Shown: one piece after another, positions 31,246 through 41,545 of the stretch | How positions within the stretch are numbered: position 1 is the first letter of the stretch | Layout: each line of letters opens with the position of its first letter | Origin: Gammaproteobacteria bacterium | GTDB taxonomy: Bacteria; Pseudomonadota; Gammaproteobacteria; CAJXQU01 | NCBI GenBank assembly: GCA_965238175.1 | Contig: CBDEGZ010000003.1 | Coordinates: forward strand, 2,464,001-2,528,000 | Direction: 5' to 3' | Length of the DNA stretch: 64,000 nt | Position numbers and translations under genes: made by a program | Notes under the pieces: generated by a model | The model's database searches: none | The model's input: the letters and a program-made list of their open reading frames with translations, nothing else | Told to the model about the DNA's origin: nothing

Positions 31246-31497
31246 TTACCTCATCAAACGCGTAACAGGATCAGCAACGTAATAGAAACCGAAAAACAAC
31301 CAGATGCCGATCACCAAATAAAATAATATTGGGTTTTCAGATTTACGAATGGTTTCTGATAACCAAGTTTCATTTCCAAGTAAATTAGTCAGTCCCCAGA
31401 TAATGAGTAATATCCCCCATAACCACCAATTCATGACCGTCGAGATGACTATCAAAATTAAACTTAGTATCGCGCGCCATTTAATTGTTTTTTTCAT
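31246..31497 (-). CDS. Small integral membrane protein
   Basis: 83 aa with three hydrophobic segments; only 3-4 nt from its neighbours, so probably in the same operon. Confidence 0.7.
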   Translation of the reverse strand: MKKTIKWRAILSLILIVISTVMNWWLWGILLIIWGLTNLLGNETWLSETIRKSENPILFYLVIGIWLFFGFYYVADPVTRLMR

Positions 31498-31500
31498 ACT

Positions 31501-32235
31501 TTATCTCACAAAAACATGTACTGCTTTTGGGTTACCTGAACTATCTAGATTGTATTCTTCCAGGACTATCTCAGGAACTGCTTCTCCACTATAAATATCG
31601 GCCCAGGCTTTATCTAAAATTTCATCGATAGCCATTCCTTTAAGATCATTAACTGGGAATTTTTGATATAAACCGGCAGATATGTCTTTCTTATCCATTA
31701 CAGCGATATCGGAATTTAAGGATGTTTGTGCTTGATCATAGCCTATAGCTAACGTTGTATTACCTTCTTCATCTATATCTTTATAAACTGCGTAAACAAC
31801 AACAGGTCTATTCCAATTAACGGCTTGATGTAATTCGTCTTTCATTTCAAACATATCCCATAATTTTTGAATTTCCTGAATCGCATCATCCGCGTATAAG
31901 TTGATCTGCGTTTGTATACCGATCACACTAAAAGTACCAATATGATATTTTTTTTCTAGGAACGGACTATCATCTTGAACTACGTAATTTTCAGAGGTTT
32001 GATTTACCGATAGACCCTTTGGGCTCTCATTTAAGACTGGCTTTAACCCAGTCACTCCTTTCAACTCTGGTATTGATTGTTTATCTACTATTACCTCAGA
32101 ACTATTCACGGTATTGCCCGATTTAATTTCAGCTGCACGTGTATATGTAGTTGAGTTGTTGTTAACAGTCATGGCAACAGCTAAACCAGCACTTACGATC
32201 ACAACCATTGTTCCTATGATTTTTTCCTTTAACAT
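31501..32235 (-). CDS. N-terminally anchored or exported protein with GyrI-like (Cass2) effector-binding domain
   Basis: ATG at 32235 follows an SD (GAGG); hydrophobic N-terminus; VIGI...IQKLW..F, VYAVY, I.AG.Y.KF, AW..IY, LEEY. Confidence 0.7.
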   Translation of the reverse strand: MLKEKIIGTMVVIVSAGLAVAMTVNNNSTTYTRAAEIKSGNTVNSSEVIVDKQSIPELKGVTGLKPVLNESPKGLSVNQTSENYVVQDDSPFLEKKYHIGTFSVIGIQTQINLYADDAIQEIQKLWDMFEMKDELHQAVNWNRPVVVYAVYKDIDEEGNTTLAIGYDQAQTSLNSDIAVMDKKDISAGLYQKFPVNDLKGMAIDEILDKAWADIYSGEAVPEIVLEEYNLDSSGNPKAVHVFVR

Positions 32236-32262
32236 ATTAACCTCTTTTTTGCAGCGCAAATG

Positions 32263-32318
32263 TGAGACACATGTGTATCATAGACTACAACGTTATATGA
32301 GACAATAGTGTTTCATAT
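32263..32318. promoter_or_regulatory. Two palindromic TetR-type operators, TGAGACA-N4-TGTWTCA
   Basis: TGAGACACATGTGTATCA (32263-32280) and TGAGACAATAGTGTTTCA (32298-32315, extended by ATA/TAT) lie between the divergent tetR gene and its target operon. Confidence 0.75.
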
Positions 32319-32342
32319 GATTATTTGCTATATTTACCCTCA

Positions 32343-32906
32343 ATGAAAATTAAAGACGCACGCGCAATAAAATCTCGCCAAGCATTACTGGATGCCAGCA
32401 TGAAACTTCTATTACAGAACCCTTCTGCGAGCCTGAGTGAATTGGCTGCTTTTGCAGGTGTGGGCCGCGCAACGCTATACCGACATTTCAATACTCGAGA
32501 GATCCTTATTCAGGAATTGGTGAAAGAAACACTGCTAGTGACTGATCAGGCAATGACACCACTAAAAGCTCAAGGCTTGACGGGTCGTGTCGCAATAGAG
32601 GCAACGTTGAGAACGATCATGCCACTAGCTGATCGTTATCATTTTTTACTAAGCCTTTGGTATATCGCCGCTGATGATAAATCAGTCATGAAGATATATA
32701 ACCGCCAATTGGATGAATTATATGGTTTAGTTGAACAAGCAAAACAAGAAGGTAATATTAAAAAACAACTCTCCGTTGCATGGATAGTAACGGTAATTGA
32801 TACGCTAATTTACGCAGGTTGGTGGTTTATCAGTCAGGGAGAAATGACTACAAAACAAGCTACTGATCATGTGATAGACAGTTTGTTTAATGGTGTTAAG
32901 GCTTAA
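32343..32906 (+). CDS. TetR/AcrR family transcriptional regulator
   Basis: N-terminal HTH SLSELAAFAGVGRATLYRHF. Confidence 0.92.
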   Translation: MKIKDARAIKSRQALLDASMKLLLQNPSASLSELAAFAGVGRATLYRHFNTREILIQELVKETLLVTDQAMTPLKAQGLTGRVAIEATLRTIMPLADRYHFLLSLWYIAADDKSVMKIYNRQLDELYGLVEQAKQEGNIKKQLSVAWIVTVIDTLIYAGWWFISQGEMTTKQATDHVIDSLFNGVKA

Positions 32907-33110
32907 GCATTACATCTTATTGGTTCCCTATAAACAACGACTAAATATTCTGTACCCAAGGAAATTGTCTCAACCACTTTTTGTTGAAATTCCAGGATCT
33001 TAACCATGCTGTAAAACATGATCCGCAAACCAATATGCGTAGCGCTCAAAACAATTACATCACTTTCTGGAGCTTTACGTCGGGTGAAAGTCGTCATGAG
33101 TAATAGAGGT

Positions 33111-33300
33111 CATAACTTGAATGATGTCGATTGGAATTTTGTTTCTAAACAGAACCGAGCAGCTTTTATAATTGAGCCTGAAAAATTTATCCCTCAGTTG
33201 CTTATTTTTGTGCCTTGGCTGTGAGTGATGGTTATAACGCTAATGTCGATCCTGAAATCTGGCATCTTAACGTGTGTCTGATATCTTTCTGATAATGATA
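33111..33300 (+). pseudogene. 3' half of the decayed YHS-domain gene
   Basis: DVDWNFVSKQNRAAFIIEPEKFIPQ, then after a frameshift YFCALAVSDGYNANVDPEIW. This matches the family pattern W.F.S..NR..F...PEKY.PQ.GGYCA.AVS.G....DP..W. Confidence 0.7.
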
Positions 33301-33307
33301 GTTTTTT

Positions 33308-33817
33308 CTAAGAATTACTGTTGTGCAAACTTTGCAAATATTGAAATAAAGCGCGGGACGACTTGGGTGTTTTATTTTGTGACTTCTCTTTTTTTGCATT
33401 GCGGATCATTTGATTAATATATTGATGATCAATTTCTGAAAACTGCTCAATTAATTCATCCATTGTCTGGCTCTCCCCTGCGATCAAACCCTCCCGCCAT
33501 TTTTCTATTTTATGAAACTCATGGATTTGTTGTTTTTCAGGTCTATGTAATCTATTTAAAGCTTTTTGAATTGCATCCGCATCAGCTTCACGCATTAATA
33601 CGCCAATACGTTGTAACTGTCGTTTCAGTGCTTTTTGTTTGAATTTTTTCGCTTCCAGAACATTAGATCTTAATTCTTCGCTAACAGGCATTTTTTCCAA
33701 TTGCACCGGTGTAAGTTTTACCAGTTCTTTGCCTAGATCTTTTAAGGCATGCATTTCACGCTTAATTTGTGATTTACTAATTACGTCTTCTTGGTCTTCA
33801 AAATTCTCTTCTATCAT
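33308..33817 (-). CDS. darP: Ribosome biogenesis factor YjgA/DarP
   Basis: SKSQIKREM..LKDLG.EL, RQLQRIG.LMR, H.IE.WRE.LI, SSRALFQYL. Confidence 0.9.
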   Translation of the reverse strand: MIEENFEDQEDVISKSQIKREMHALKDLGKELVKLTPVQLEKMPVSEELRSNVLEAKKFKQKALKRQLQRIGVLMREADADAIQKALNRLHRPEKQQIHEFHKIEKWREGLIAGESQTMDELIEQFSEIDHQYINQMIRNAKKEKSQNKTPKSSRALFQYLQSLHNSNS

Positions 33818-33962
33818 CTGGATCTGTGTTTGTCATTATTATATTGGGGTATGATTACTAAGTTTATATAAAAACCTTTGTGTAAATGCTTTTTGAATAA
33901 CACTTTGCAATGATTATGTTAAGAATAACCCAATATTAATTTAAATAGTTGCCTGATTTATA

Positions 33963-34490
33963 ATGAATTCCCCTGATATGCAATTTTTTGAACCCGCCTC
34001 CAGGCTAGGTGTTTTATCAAAACAGGAAAATATTTTGATCGCTACTGCCGAGTCTTGCACGGGTGGTTGGCTTGCAGAGTCGATCACTGCTGTTCCCGGA
34101 AGTTCAACCTGGTTTGAACGTGGATTTGTCACTTATTCGAATATCTCCAAACAAGAAATGCTTGGTGTGTCGGCAAAAACCTTAGAACAATTCGGTGCTG
34201 TCAGTAAACAGGTTGCAAGTGAAATGGCTGAAGGTGCTCTTTCAAATAGTCATGCCCAAATCAGTATTTCTATCACAGGCATTGCTGGACCAGGTGGTGG
34301 TTCTGAAGATAAGCCCGTGGGAACTGTTTGTTTTGCCGTGGCGACTTCGATGAATAAACAACAATCTAGTCCAACAAAACCCATTACAAAAAATGTATTT
34401 TTTTCTGGTGATCGGTATAAAGTCCGCCAACAAGCCGTAATTACGGCTTTAGAAATGTTGATTAAGGTTATTTCGGAGTTAAAAAAATAA
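33963..34490 (+). CDS. pncC: Nicotinamide mononucleotide deamidase (CinA C-terminal)
   Basis: ATAESCTGG, GSS.WFERGFVTYSN, GAVS, ITGIAGPGGG..KPVGTV. Confidence 0.92.
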   Translation: MNSPDMQFFEPASRLGVLSKQENILIATAESCTGGWLAESITAVPGSSTWFERGFVTYSNISKQEMLGVSAKTLEQFGAVSKQVASEMAEGALSNSHAQISISITGIAGPGGGSEDKPVGTVCFAVATSMNKQQSSPTKPITKNVFFSGDRYKVRQQAVITALEMLIKVISELKK

Positions 34491-34494
34491 CAAA

Positions 34495-35007
34495 ATGACG
34501 CAGTTATTTTTTGCCTTATTGCCAGATGATTTAGTAAGGAGGCATGTTGCAAAGGTTATTGCTCAACTTCCTAACAAAGGTAGCAAAGTCAAGATATTAA
34601 ATCTTCACGCAATCTTGGCATTTCTCGGCGAAGTGCCCTCTGATCAAATTCAACAATATACCAACGCGGCTGATGGAATAGTCTCACCTTCGTTTACTTT
34701 AAAACTGGATTCTCGCGAGTGGTGGAGGCAATCCAGGATTACCGCAATTGGTGTGAGCGAGGTACCCGATCCATTATTTGATCTAATCAATTCTCTTAAC
34801 CAAGCACTTATTCCTTATGGATATGATCCTGAAAAACGACCTTTTCGGCTCCACATCACCTTAATGGATAATGTCGAAAATCCTATCAGTCCAACACATT
34901 TTGAACCGATCTCCTGGTTGGTTCGGGGTTTCTCGTTGATTGAATCATCAAATCATCCTGAAGAGCAGTCATACAGGGTTATTCAGTCATGGGATTTTGT
35001 GGGATAA
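34495..35007 (+). CDS. thpR: RNA 2',3'-cyclic phosphodiesterase (2H family)
   Basis: LFFAL.P, NLHAILAFLG, F.LHITL, F.LIES; lies between pncC and recA. Confidence 0.85.
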   Translation: MTQLFFALLPDDLVRRHVAKVIAQLPNKGSKVKILNLHAILAFLGEVPSDQIQQYTNAADGIVSPSFTLKLDSREWWRQSRITAIGVSEVPDPLFDLINSLNQALIPYGYDPEKRPFRLHITLMDNVENPISPTHFEPISWLVRGFSLIESSNHPEEQSYRVIQSWDFVG

Positions 35008-35037
35008 TACGCAGCTAAATATCGCGGAGATAACTTG

Positions 35038-36090
35038 ATGGATGATCAGAAAGATAAGGCCTTGAGCGCGGCTTTAAGCCAAATTGAAAAACAATTCGGT
35101 AAAGGCTCGGTAATGCGTCTTGGCGATGGGCAAACCATCAAAGTGGAAACGGTTTCAAGTGGCTCTCTAGCGCTAGACATTGCCCTGGGTGCAGGTGGAT
35201 TACCTAAAGGCCGAGTTGTTGAGGTCTATGGGCCAGAATCTTCGGGTAAAACAACGCTGGCATTGCATGCCGTTGCAGAGATTCAAAAAGCCGGCGGCAC
35301 TGCTGCATTTGTTGATGCTGAGCATGCGATGGATCCAGTATACGCAGAGAAAATCGGCGTTAATATTCAAGATCTTTTAGTGTCGCAGCCAGATACAGGT
35401 GAACAGGCACTTGAAATTACCGATATGCTGGTACGCTCCGGCGCCGTAGGCATTGTTGTCGTTGACTCTGTTGCAGCATTAACTCCAAAGGCAGAGATCG
35501 AAGGTGACATGGGCGATCATCATGTTGGCTTACAAGCCAGATTGATGTCGCAAGCACTACGTAAACTCACCGGTAATATAAAACGATCGAATACCCTGGT
35601 TATTTTTATCAATCAGATCCGTATGAAAATTGGTGTCATGTTTGGCAATCCTGAAACTACCACGGGTGGCAACGCATTGAAATTCTACTCATCAGTTCGT
35701 CTTGATATCCGCCGTATTGGCGCGATCAAAAAACAAGATGAAATTGTCGGCAATGAAACGCGCGTTAAAGTCGTTAAAAATAAGGTAGCCCCTCCATTTA
35801 AAGAAGCATATTTCGACATTCTCTATGGTGAAGGCGTTTCGCGAGAAAGTGAAATTATAGATCTGGGCGTTAAATGTGATCTAATCGATAAGGCTGGCTC
35901 GTGGTACAGCTACAATGGTGATCGTATTGGTCAAGGTAAGGATAATGTCCGTGCTTACCTGAAGGAAAATCCAGAAACTGCAAATAATATAGAAGCAGCA
36001 ATTCGTGAAAAATTATTACCAAGCAAAGATACTGCAGTTGATGGAAATGATCCTGAAACGGGCATGGATACTGAAGAACTGGAAGTTTAA
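35038..36090 (+). CDS. recA: Recombinase A
   Basis: [42 protein letters not shown]. Confidence 0.99.
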   Translation: MDDQKDKALSAALSQIEKQFGKGSVMRLGDGQTIKVETVSSGSLALDIALGAGGLPKGRVVEVYGPESSGKTTLALHAVAEIQKAGGTAAFVDAEHAMDPVYAEKIGVNIQDLLVSQPDTGEQALEITDMLVRSGAVGIVVVDSVAALTPKAEIEGDMGDHHVGLQARLMSQALRKLTGNIKRSNTLVIFINQIRMKIGVMFGNPETTTGGNALKFYSSVRLDIRRIGAIKKQDEIVGNETRVKVVKNKVAPPFKEAYFDILYGEGVSRESEIIDLGVKCDLIDKAGSWYSYNGDRIGQGKDNVRAYLKENPETANNIEAAIREKLLPSKDTAVDGNDPETGMDTEELEV

Positions 36091-36108
36091 AGATCGGGTG
36101 TTCAACGA

Positions 36109-36549
36109 TTGACTGATCCTCTAATTGCGACTCGACATAAAGCAATGGATTTATTAGCCCGACGCGAGCATACGCGCAAGGAATTGATCCATAAGTTAAC
36201 TATTCGAGATTTCCCTGAAGATGTTATCGAGTCAGTTGTTAGTCGTCTTACGGAAGAGAACTTGCAAAGTGATGATCGTTTTGCCGAAGCCTTTGTTAAT
36301 ATGCGTCGGAAAAAAGGTCAGGGTCCAATCCGGATCCTGAACGAGTTGCAAGAACGAGGTGTAAGCCAGGCACTTCAGGAAGAATATGTAGATACCCGTG
36401 ATTCGGTTTGGCGCGAAACAATTAAACAAGTAAGAGAAAAAAAGTTTGGAAGTGCGGTACCTGAAGAATACGCGCAACGTGCAAAACAATCGCGTTTCTT
36501 ACAATACCGTGGCTTTACCAGTGATCAAATTCACCAAGAATTAAGCTAG
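36109..36549 (+). CDS. recX: RecA regulator RecX
   Basis: AMDLLARREH..KEL, QSDDRFAE, GP.RI..EL, RFLQYRGF; directly after recA. Confidence 0.93.
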   Translation: MTDPLIATRHKAMDLLARREHTRKELIHKLTIRDFPEDVIESVVSRLTEENLQSDDRFAEAFVNMRRKKGQGPIRILNELQERGVSQALQEEYVDTRDSVWRETIKQVREKKFGSAVPEEYAQRAKQSRFLQYRGFTSDQIHQELS

Positions 36550-36571
36550 GCACTAAACGAGAAGTATAGAA

Positions 36572-36610
36572 CAAAGTTATGAATCAAAGTTATGAGTCAA
36601 AGTTATGAGC
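36572..36610 (+). repeat. 13-bp tandem repeat x3 over the alaS start
   Basis: caaagttatgaat / caaagttatgagt / caaagttatgagc. Confidence 0.9.
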
Positions 36611-39244
36611 CAGACTAGTCCAAATCTGTCTGCCAGCACTTCAGCTATACGCGAAGCTTTCATCGAATATTTCAAAGCTAAAGAACATAAAGCCATTGCC
36701 AGCAGTCCACTAGTTCCGCATAACGACCCTACCCTGCTTTTCACCAATGCTGGCATGGTGCAATTTAAAGATGTCTTCACCGGAAAAGAAAAACTTTCTT
36801 ATAACCGAGCTGTATCAAGCCAGCGCTGTGTACGTGCTGGTGGAAAACACAACGATCTTGAAAATGTAGGCTACACGGCTCGACATCACACTTTTTTTGA
36901 AATGCTCGGCAACTTTAGCTTTGGTGATTACTTCAAGCGTGAAGCCATTGAGTTTGCCTGGGACTTTCTCACCAATACGCTAGGTCTTCCAAAAGAAAAA
37001 CTTTGGGTGACGGTTTTCATCGATGATGATGAAGCCGCCGAGATCTGGCAAAAAGACATCGGTATCAATCCTGATCAAATGTCACGATGTGGTGAAAAAG
37101 ATAATTTTTGGAGTATGGGACCGACAGGCCCCTGTGGACCGTGTACGGAAATATTTTACGATCATGGCTCTGACATTGCCGGTGGCCCTCCTGGTAGTCC
37201 CGATGAAGATGGTGATCGATATATAGAGATCTGGAACCTGGTCTTCACCCAATTTGATCGTGACGCAGATGGCAAACTAAACCCTCTTCCCAAACCCTCA
37301 GTCGACACAGGTATGGGGCTAGAACGTATAGCTGCGGTTATGCAGCATGTTCACAACAACTACGAAATTGATCTGTTCCAGAATCTAATCAAAGCCATTC
37401 GTGACCTGGCTGACTGTGGTGATAAAGAGCTGATGTCACAACGCGTCGTCGCGGATCATATTCGCTCCTGCGCTTTTATTATTACCGATGATGTTGTGCC
37501 TTCCAATGAAGGTCGTGGTTATGTATTACGACGCATTATTCGTCGTGCGGTTAGACATGGAAATAAGCTTGGTTTGAATGGCGCATTTTTCTACAAATTG
37601 GTGCAACCTCTTGTTAATGAAATGGGAGAAGCCTTCCCTGAATTAACCAAGGCTCAGGCTCATGTCGAAAAAGTCCTTAAGCAGGAAGAAGAACGCTTTG
37701 CAGAAACGTTGCAACAAGGTCTCAAGATTCTCGAACAAGCTATTGCTGAAATAGGTGACAATACCATTCCCGGCGAAGTCGTCTTTCAGCTTTACGATAC
37801 CTTTGGTTTTCCTGTTGACTTAACCGCAGATATTGCCCGCGAAAAAGGACTTGCTCTAGATCATGATGGATTTGATCTGGCAATGAAACAACAGAAAGAA
37901 CGTGCCCGAGCGGCGAGTCAGTTTGCTTCTGGTAAAACCGAAACTGCTAAAATTGATCTGTCGCCCTATGATGCCGAATTTAATTTCACTGGATATCATT
38001 CATGTGAACAAGATGCGGTTGTTCAAGCAATCTACATTGATGGTCAGCAAGTTGATCAAGCTGTCACAGGTGACACTGCCGTTGTTTTAATCGATCACAC
38101 TCCATTTTACGCAGAATCCGGTGGTCAAATTGGAGATATCGGAAGTTTAGAGAATGCCGACGGTATCTTTATTGTTGAAGATACGCGTAAGCAAAACGAT
38201 GTTCATTTACATTGTGGTACCGTCAAACAAGGCGGTATTCATGTTGGTGAAAGTATTCATGCATCCGTGAATGAAACATCTCGGCTCGCAACTGAAAAAA
38301 ATCACTCAGCAACTCATCTTTTGCATGCCGCATTAAGAAAAATACTTGGTGAGCATGTACTACAAAAAGGTTCTCTAGTGACAAGTGATCGTCTACGTTT
38401 TGATTTTTCTCACTCTGAACCTGTTGTAGCAGATCAATTAACCACTATAGAGAGGCTGGTTAACGAGCAGATAAGATCAAATCTACCGGTAGAAACTAAA
38501 ATAATGTCGATGGATAAAGCGCAAGAATCTGGTGCGATGGCGCTTTTTGGTGAGAAATATGCCGAGGAAGTTCGTGTTTTAAATATGGGCGAATTCTCAA
38601 TAGAACTTTGTGGTGGAACACACGTGAATCGAACGGGTGACATTGGTCTATTTAAGATCATTTCTGAAACAGGCATCGCATCCGGTGTTCGTCGTATTGA
38701 AGCCTTTACCGGTGAAACCGCACTGGATTATATAAGTGAAACAGAGAAAAACCTCTCGAAGATCATCGATCTTTTAAAAGCAACGACAGATAATGTTGAA
38801 GATAAAATTGAACAATTGCTACAGCGTAATCGACAACAAGAAAAAGAGATCCAGGCATTAAAAGGAAAAATGGCAAGTCAAACCAGATCTGATCTAACGG
38901 AAAATGCCGTTGCTGTTGAAGGGATTAAAATAGTCGCTGCAAAACTCGAAGGCGCCGATGTAAATACGCTCCGTGAAACAATGGATCAACTAAAAAATAA
39001 ATTAGGTTCCTCAGCCATCGTTTTAGGCGCTGTAGAAGGTGGCAAAGTTAAGCTCGTTGCCGGCGTCAGCAAAGATTGCACTGATCGAATTCAAGCTGGA
39101 AAACTGATCAATCATGTCGCACAACAAGTGGATGGTAAAGGCGGCGGTCGCCCTGATATGGCACAAGCTGGAGGAAATGATCCTTCGAAGTTGGATCAGG
39201 CTCTCGAAAGTGTTATTGACTGGGTGAAAGCTTCTCTAGTTTAA
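36605..39244 (+). CDS. alaS: Alanine--tRNA ligase
   Basis: [65 protein letters not shown]. Confidence 0.99.
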   Translation: MSQTSPNLSASTSAIREAFIEYFKAKEHKAIASSPLVPHNDPTLLFTNAGMVQFKDVFTGKEKLSYNRAVSSQRCVRAGGKHNDLENVGYTARHHTFFEMLGNFSFGDYFKREAIEFAWDFLTNTLGLPKEKLWVTVFIDDDEAAEIWQKDIGINPDQMSRCGEKDNFWSMGPTGPCGPCTEIFYDHGSDIAGGPPGSPDEDGDRYIEIWNLVFTQFDRDADGKLNPLPKPSVDTGMGLERIAAVMQHVHNNYEIDLFQNLIKAIRDLADCGDKELMSQRVVADHIRSCAFIITDDVVPSNEGRGYVLRRIIRRAVRHGNKLGLNGAFFYKLVQPLVNEMGEAFPELTKAQAHVEKVLKQEEERFAETLQQGLKILEQAIAEIGDNTIPGEVVFQLYDTFGFPVDLTADIAREKGLALDHDGFDLAMKQQKERARAASQFASGKTETAKIDLSPYDAEFNFTGYHSCEQDAVVQAIYIDGQQVDQAVTGDTAVVLIDHTPFYAESGGQIGDIGSLENADGIFIVEDTRKQNDVHLHCGTVKQGGIHVGESIHASVNETSRLATEKNHSATHLLHAALRKILGEHVLQKGSLVTSDRLRFDFSHSEPVVADQLTTIERLVNEQIRSNLPVETKIMSMDKAQESGAMALFGEKYAEEVRVLNMGEFSIELCGGTHVNRTGDIGLFKIISETGIASGVRRIEAFTGETALDYISETEKNLSKIIDLLKATTDNVEDKIEQLLQRNRQQEKEIQALKGKMASQTRSDLTENAVAVEGIKIVAAKLEGADVNTLRETMDQLKNKLGSSAIVLGAVEGGKVKLVAGVSKDCTDRIQAGKLINHVAQQVDGKGGGRPDMAQAGGNDPSKLDQALESVIDWVKASLV

Positions 39245-39652
39245 GTTTGGGACTAATTTTCAATTAATGGAATGCTGTATGTGTTCAAACGCTTGCAGCC
39301 AATCATTCCTTTCAAATTTTAATTACTTATCTTTAAAATGCTCTCAAGCCAATAAACTGATCAGATGATTTTCAGGGCGTATTCTCTTTTGGTAAAGTGT
39401 CGCCACCCGTTTAGCAAATCATTTCTTTGGCGTTAATGGCTATTACCATTGAGAAGCTGGCTAATGATGGTGAAATAGCAGCCTAAAAAGGATGAGGGAA
39501 GTCTGATGAAACGTGTGCGCAAAATTCATTTGGAGAGACACAGCTTATCTTGAAACCAAAGACAAATAACGGCAAAGTGAGCATTATGAATTTAATCAGC
39601 TGGTTGAAGTAAATGACGCCCCTTTTTAGAGTTTTTCTACAGCCTTGTTAAC

Positions 39653-40204
39653 ATGGCACTTCTTGAATTAATACTTCTTGCTTTCGCCCTTCTGGCGGCC
39701 TTATCCATTGTCTGGAGTACCCTGCAAACTGGTATTTCTCCCATGATGAGCTCAGGCAAAGCTTGCCAAGCCATGCTCGCTTCAATAGATAAGCCTGTAA
39801 ATGGACCTTTAATTGATCTCGGTTCTGGTTGGGGAACACTCGTTATCGCTGTCGCCCGTAAGTATCCACGTCAACAAGTGATCGGCTACGAACTGTCTTG
39901 GTTTCCATGGTTGGTGTCAATAATTCGGAAACATAGTTTACGTTTGGATAACCTTACGCTCTATCGCAAAGATTTTAAGAATGCTGAACTCAGCAATGCT
40001 TCTATTATATTCTGTTATCTTTTCCCTGGGGGGATGGTTGCTCTTCATAAAAAACTGAACCGCGAGCTATTAAATGAGATCCTCATTGTGAGTAACACAT
40101 TTGCATTACCTTCATGCCAACCTACAAAAGTCACCAGGCTTAAAGATATCTACCAAACTCCGATTTACGTATATTATTGGCAGCCAAAGTGCTCTGCGGA
40201 ATAA
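39653..40204 (+). CDS. Membrane-anchored class I SAM-dependent methyltransferase
   Basis: N-terminal TM, GISPM.SS, IDLGSGWG, GYELS, CYLFP, VSNTFAL. Confidence 0.85.
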   Translation: MALLELILLAFALLAALSIVWSTLQTGISPMMSSGKACQAMLASIDKPVNGPLIDLGSGWGTLVIAVARKYPRQQVIGYELSWFPWLVSIIRKHSLRLDNLTLYRKDFKNAELSNASIIFCYLFPGGMVALHKKLNRELLNEILIVSNTFALPSCQPTKVTRLKDIYQTPIYVYYWQPKCSAE

Positions 40205-40256
40205 TAATGACATAGTAGCCGTTATTTGTTTATTTATAATATCGCTCTCTTTTCAA

Positions 40257-40697
40257 TCATACACCTTGTTTCGTTAATCGAACTCTCAACCTTCGAAACG
40301 TGTCCAGATCAAGATTATCTCTTAACAAAACCAGCGATTTCTTGCGCCGATCAGGTAATTTAAATTGCAATACAGTCAACCAAGGTTGAACCAGGCACCC
40401 AGATAATAATTCAGATTTTATAGCTTTATCTTTATTTGAATTATTCAATAAAAGCAACCATGTACCATCTTTTTTCAACCTCGCTTCACTAATTGCTAGT
40501 CCACTGTGCGAACAATGCTCACGTACTGTGATCAAAAACCAAACAATTATCCCTGTTATTACAATTAATTTAATCAAAATATTTAATGACAAACTGATCA
40601 CAGTTGCTATTGCAATCATTGATAAAACAAAAAGTATAATCAATAAGTTACTTGAGAATGATGGAATGATTCTAATATCAGAATTGAAATGATTCAT
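40257..40697 (-). CDS. ygfX: YgfX (CptA)-family inner membrane protein
   Basis: Two TM helices and C-terminal D.LD.DTFRRLRVRL; next to the sdh/sdhE/ygfZ cluster. Confidence 0.75.
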   Translation of the reverse strand: MNHFNSDIRIIPSFSSNLLIILFVLSMIAIATVISLSLNILIKLIVITGIIVWFLITVREHCSHSGLAISEARLKKDGTWLLLLNNSNKDKAIKSELLSGCLVQPWLTVLQFKLPDRRKKSLVLLRDNLDLDTFRRLRVRLTKQGV

Positions 40698-40795
40698 ACA
40701 AGTAGTTTGTGAATTTTAAAGTTTATGACTTGAAATAAGTTGTTTATAAAAAGATACTACGCATCTTGTCTGCAATTTGTATAACAATAAGATAG

Positions 40796-40981
40796 ATGAA
40801 TAATAAAACGCAAGATAACAAAGCAACATTGCAGAACGATCCGAAACAACCCAATAATAAGAAATTAGAGAAGGAATTCACCAATAAGCCAGCGTCGAAA
40901 GAAGTCGGTGGTCGAGCTGAAGGTCTTGAACCGACTCGTTATGGCGATTGGGAATTTAAAGGCCGCTGTATTGATTTCTAA
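40796..40981 (+). CDS. DUF1674 protein (SDHAF4/Sdh8-like complex II assembly factor)
   Basis: C-terminal EVGG..GLEPTRYGDWEFKGRCIDF signature; directly upstream of sdhC. Confidence 0.88.
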   Translation: MNNKTQDNKATLQNDPKQPNNKKLEKEFTNKPASKEVGGRAEGLEPTRYGDWEFKGRCIDF

Positions 40982-41152
40982 AATTAGAGACCTTTGCACG
41001 GGAGAATATTTTGTTTCCAGACAAGACAAAAGCACGCACAAAGAGGGAGTTTATACTTTATAAATGACCGATTGAGCATGTTTTTAACGCCGTATGAGAG
41101 CAAAATAGCTTTCGTGCATAGGCCTCAAATAACTATTAAGGGATACATATTT

Positions 41153-41545
41153 ATGTCCGCACAAAACCGCCCGTTGTCACCGCATCTGGACGTGTACAGA
41201 CTGCCACTGACTGCCATTATTTCCATTTGCCATCGTATCACTGGTGTTGGATTGTCCGTAGGAACATTATTGCTTGCTTGTTGGTTAATGGCAGCCGCAT
41301 CAGGGCCAGAAGCCTTTGCTTCGATTAATGGTTTCCTTGGATCATGGTTTGGAAAAATCTTACTTTTTCTTTGGACCTTCGCCTTCTATTTCCATTTTTG
41401 TAATGGCATCCGCCATCTGTTTTGGGATGTCGGTAAAGGCTTTGAACAATCTGATGTGGAAAAAACCGCAAAAGTGGTACTCATTGCAACCGTTGTTTTG
41501 ACTATAGTAACCACAGTTATCGCTGTCGCTGGAGGTGGCTCATGA
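41153..41545 (+). CDS. sdhC: Succinate dehydrogenase cytochrome b556 subunit
   Basis: RPLSPHL, SICHRITG, HFCNGIRHLFWD. Start set at ATG 41153. Confidence 0.95.
   Translation: MSAQNRPLSPHLDVYRLPLTAIISICHRITGVGLSVGTLLLACWLMAAASGPEAFASINGFLGSWFGKILLFLWTFAFYFHFCNGIRHLFWDVGKGFEQSDVEKTAKVVLIATVVLTIVTTVIAVAGGGS

Noticed and set aside
32903-33224. ORFs 32903-33097 (-) and 33018-33224 (+) as real genes
   Set aside because: The + ORF is explained by the YHS pseudogene fragment; the - ORF has no support.
33820-35037. LexA box for the recA operon
   Set aside because: I found no CTGT-N8-ACAG upstream of pncC or recA by eye.
40994-41152. 53-aa N-terminal extension of SdhC
   Set aside because: Artefact of an upstream TTG; family similarity starts at MSAQNRPLSPHL.
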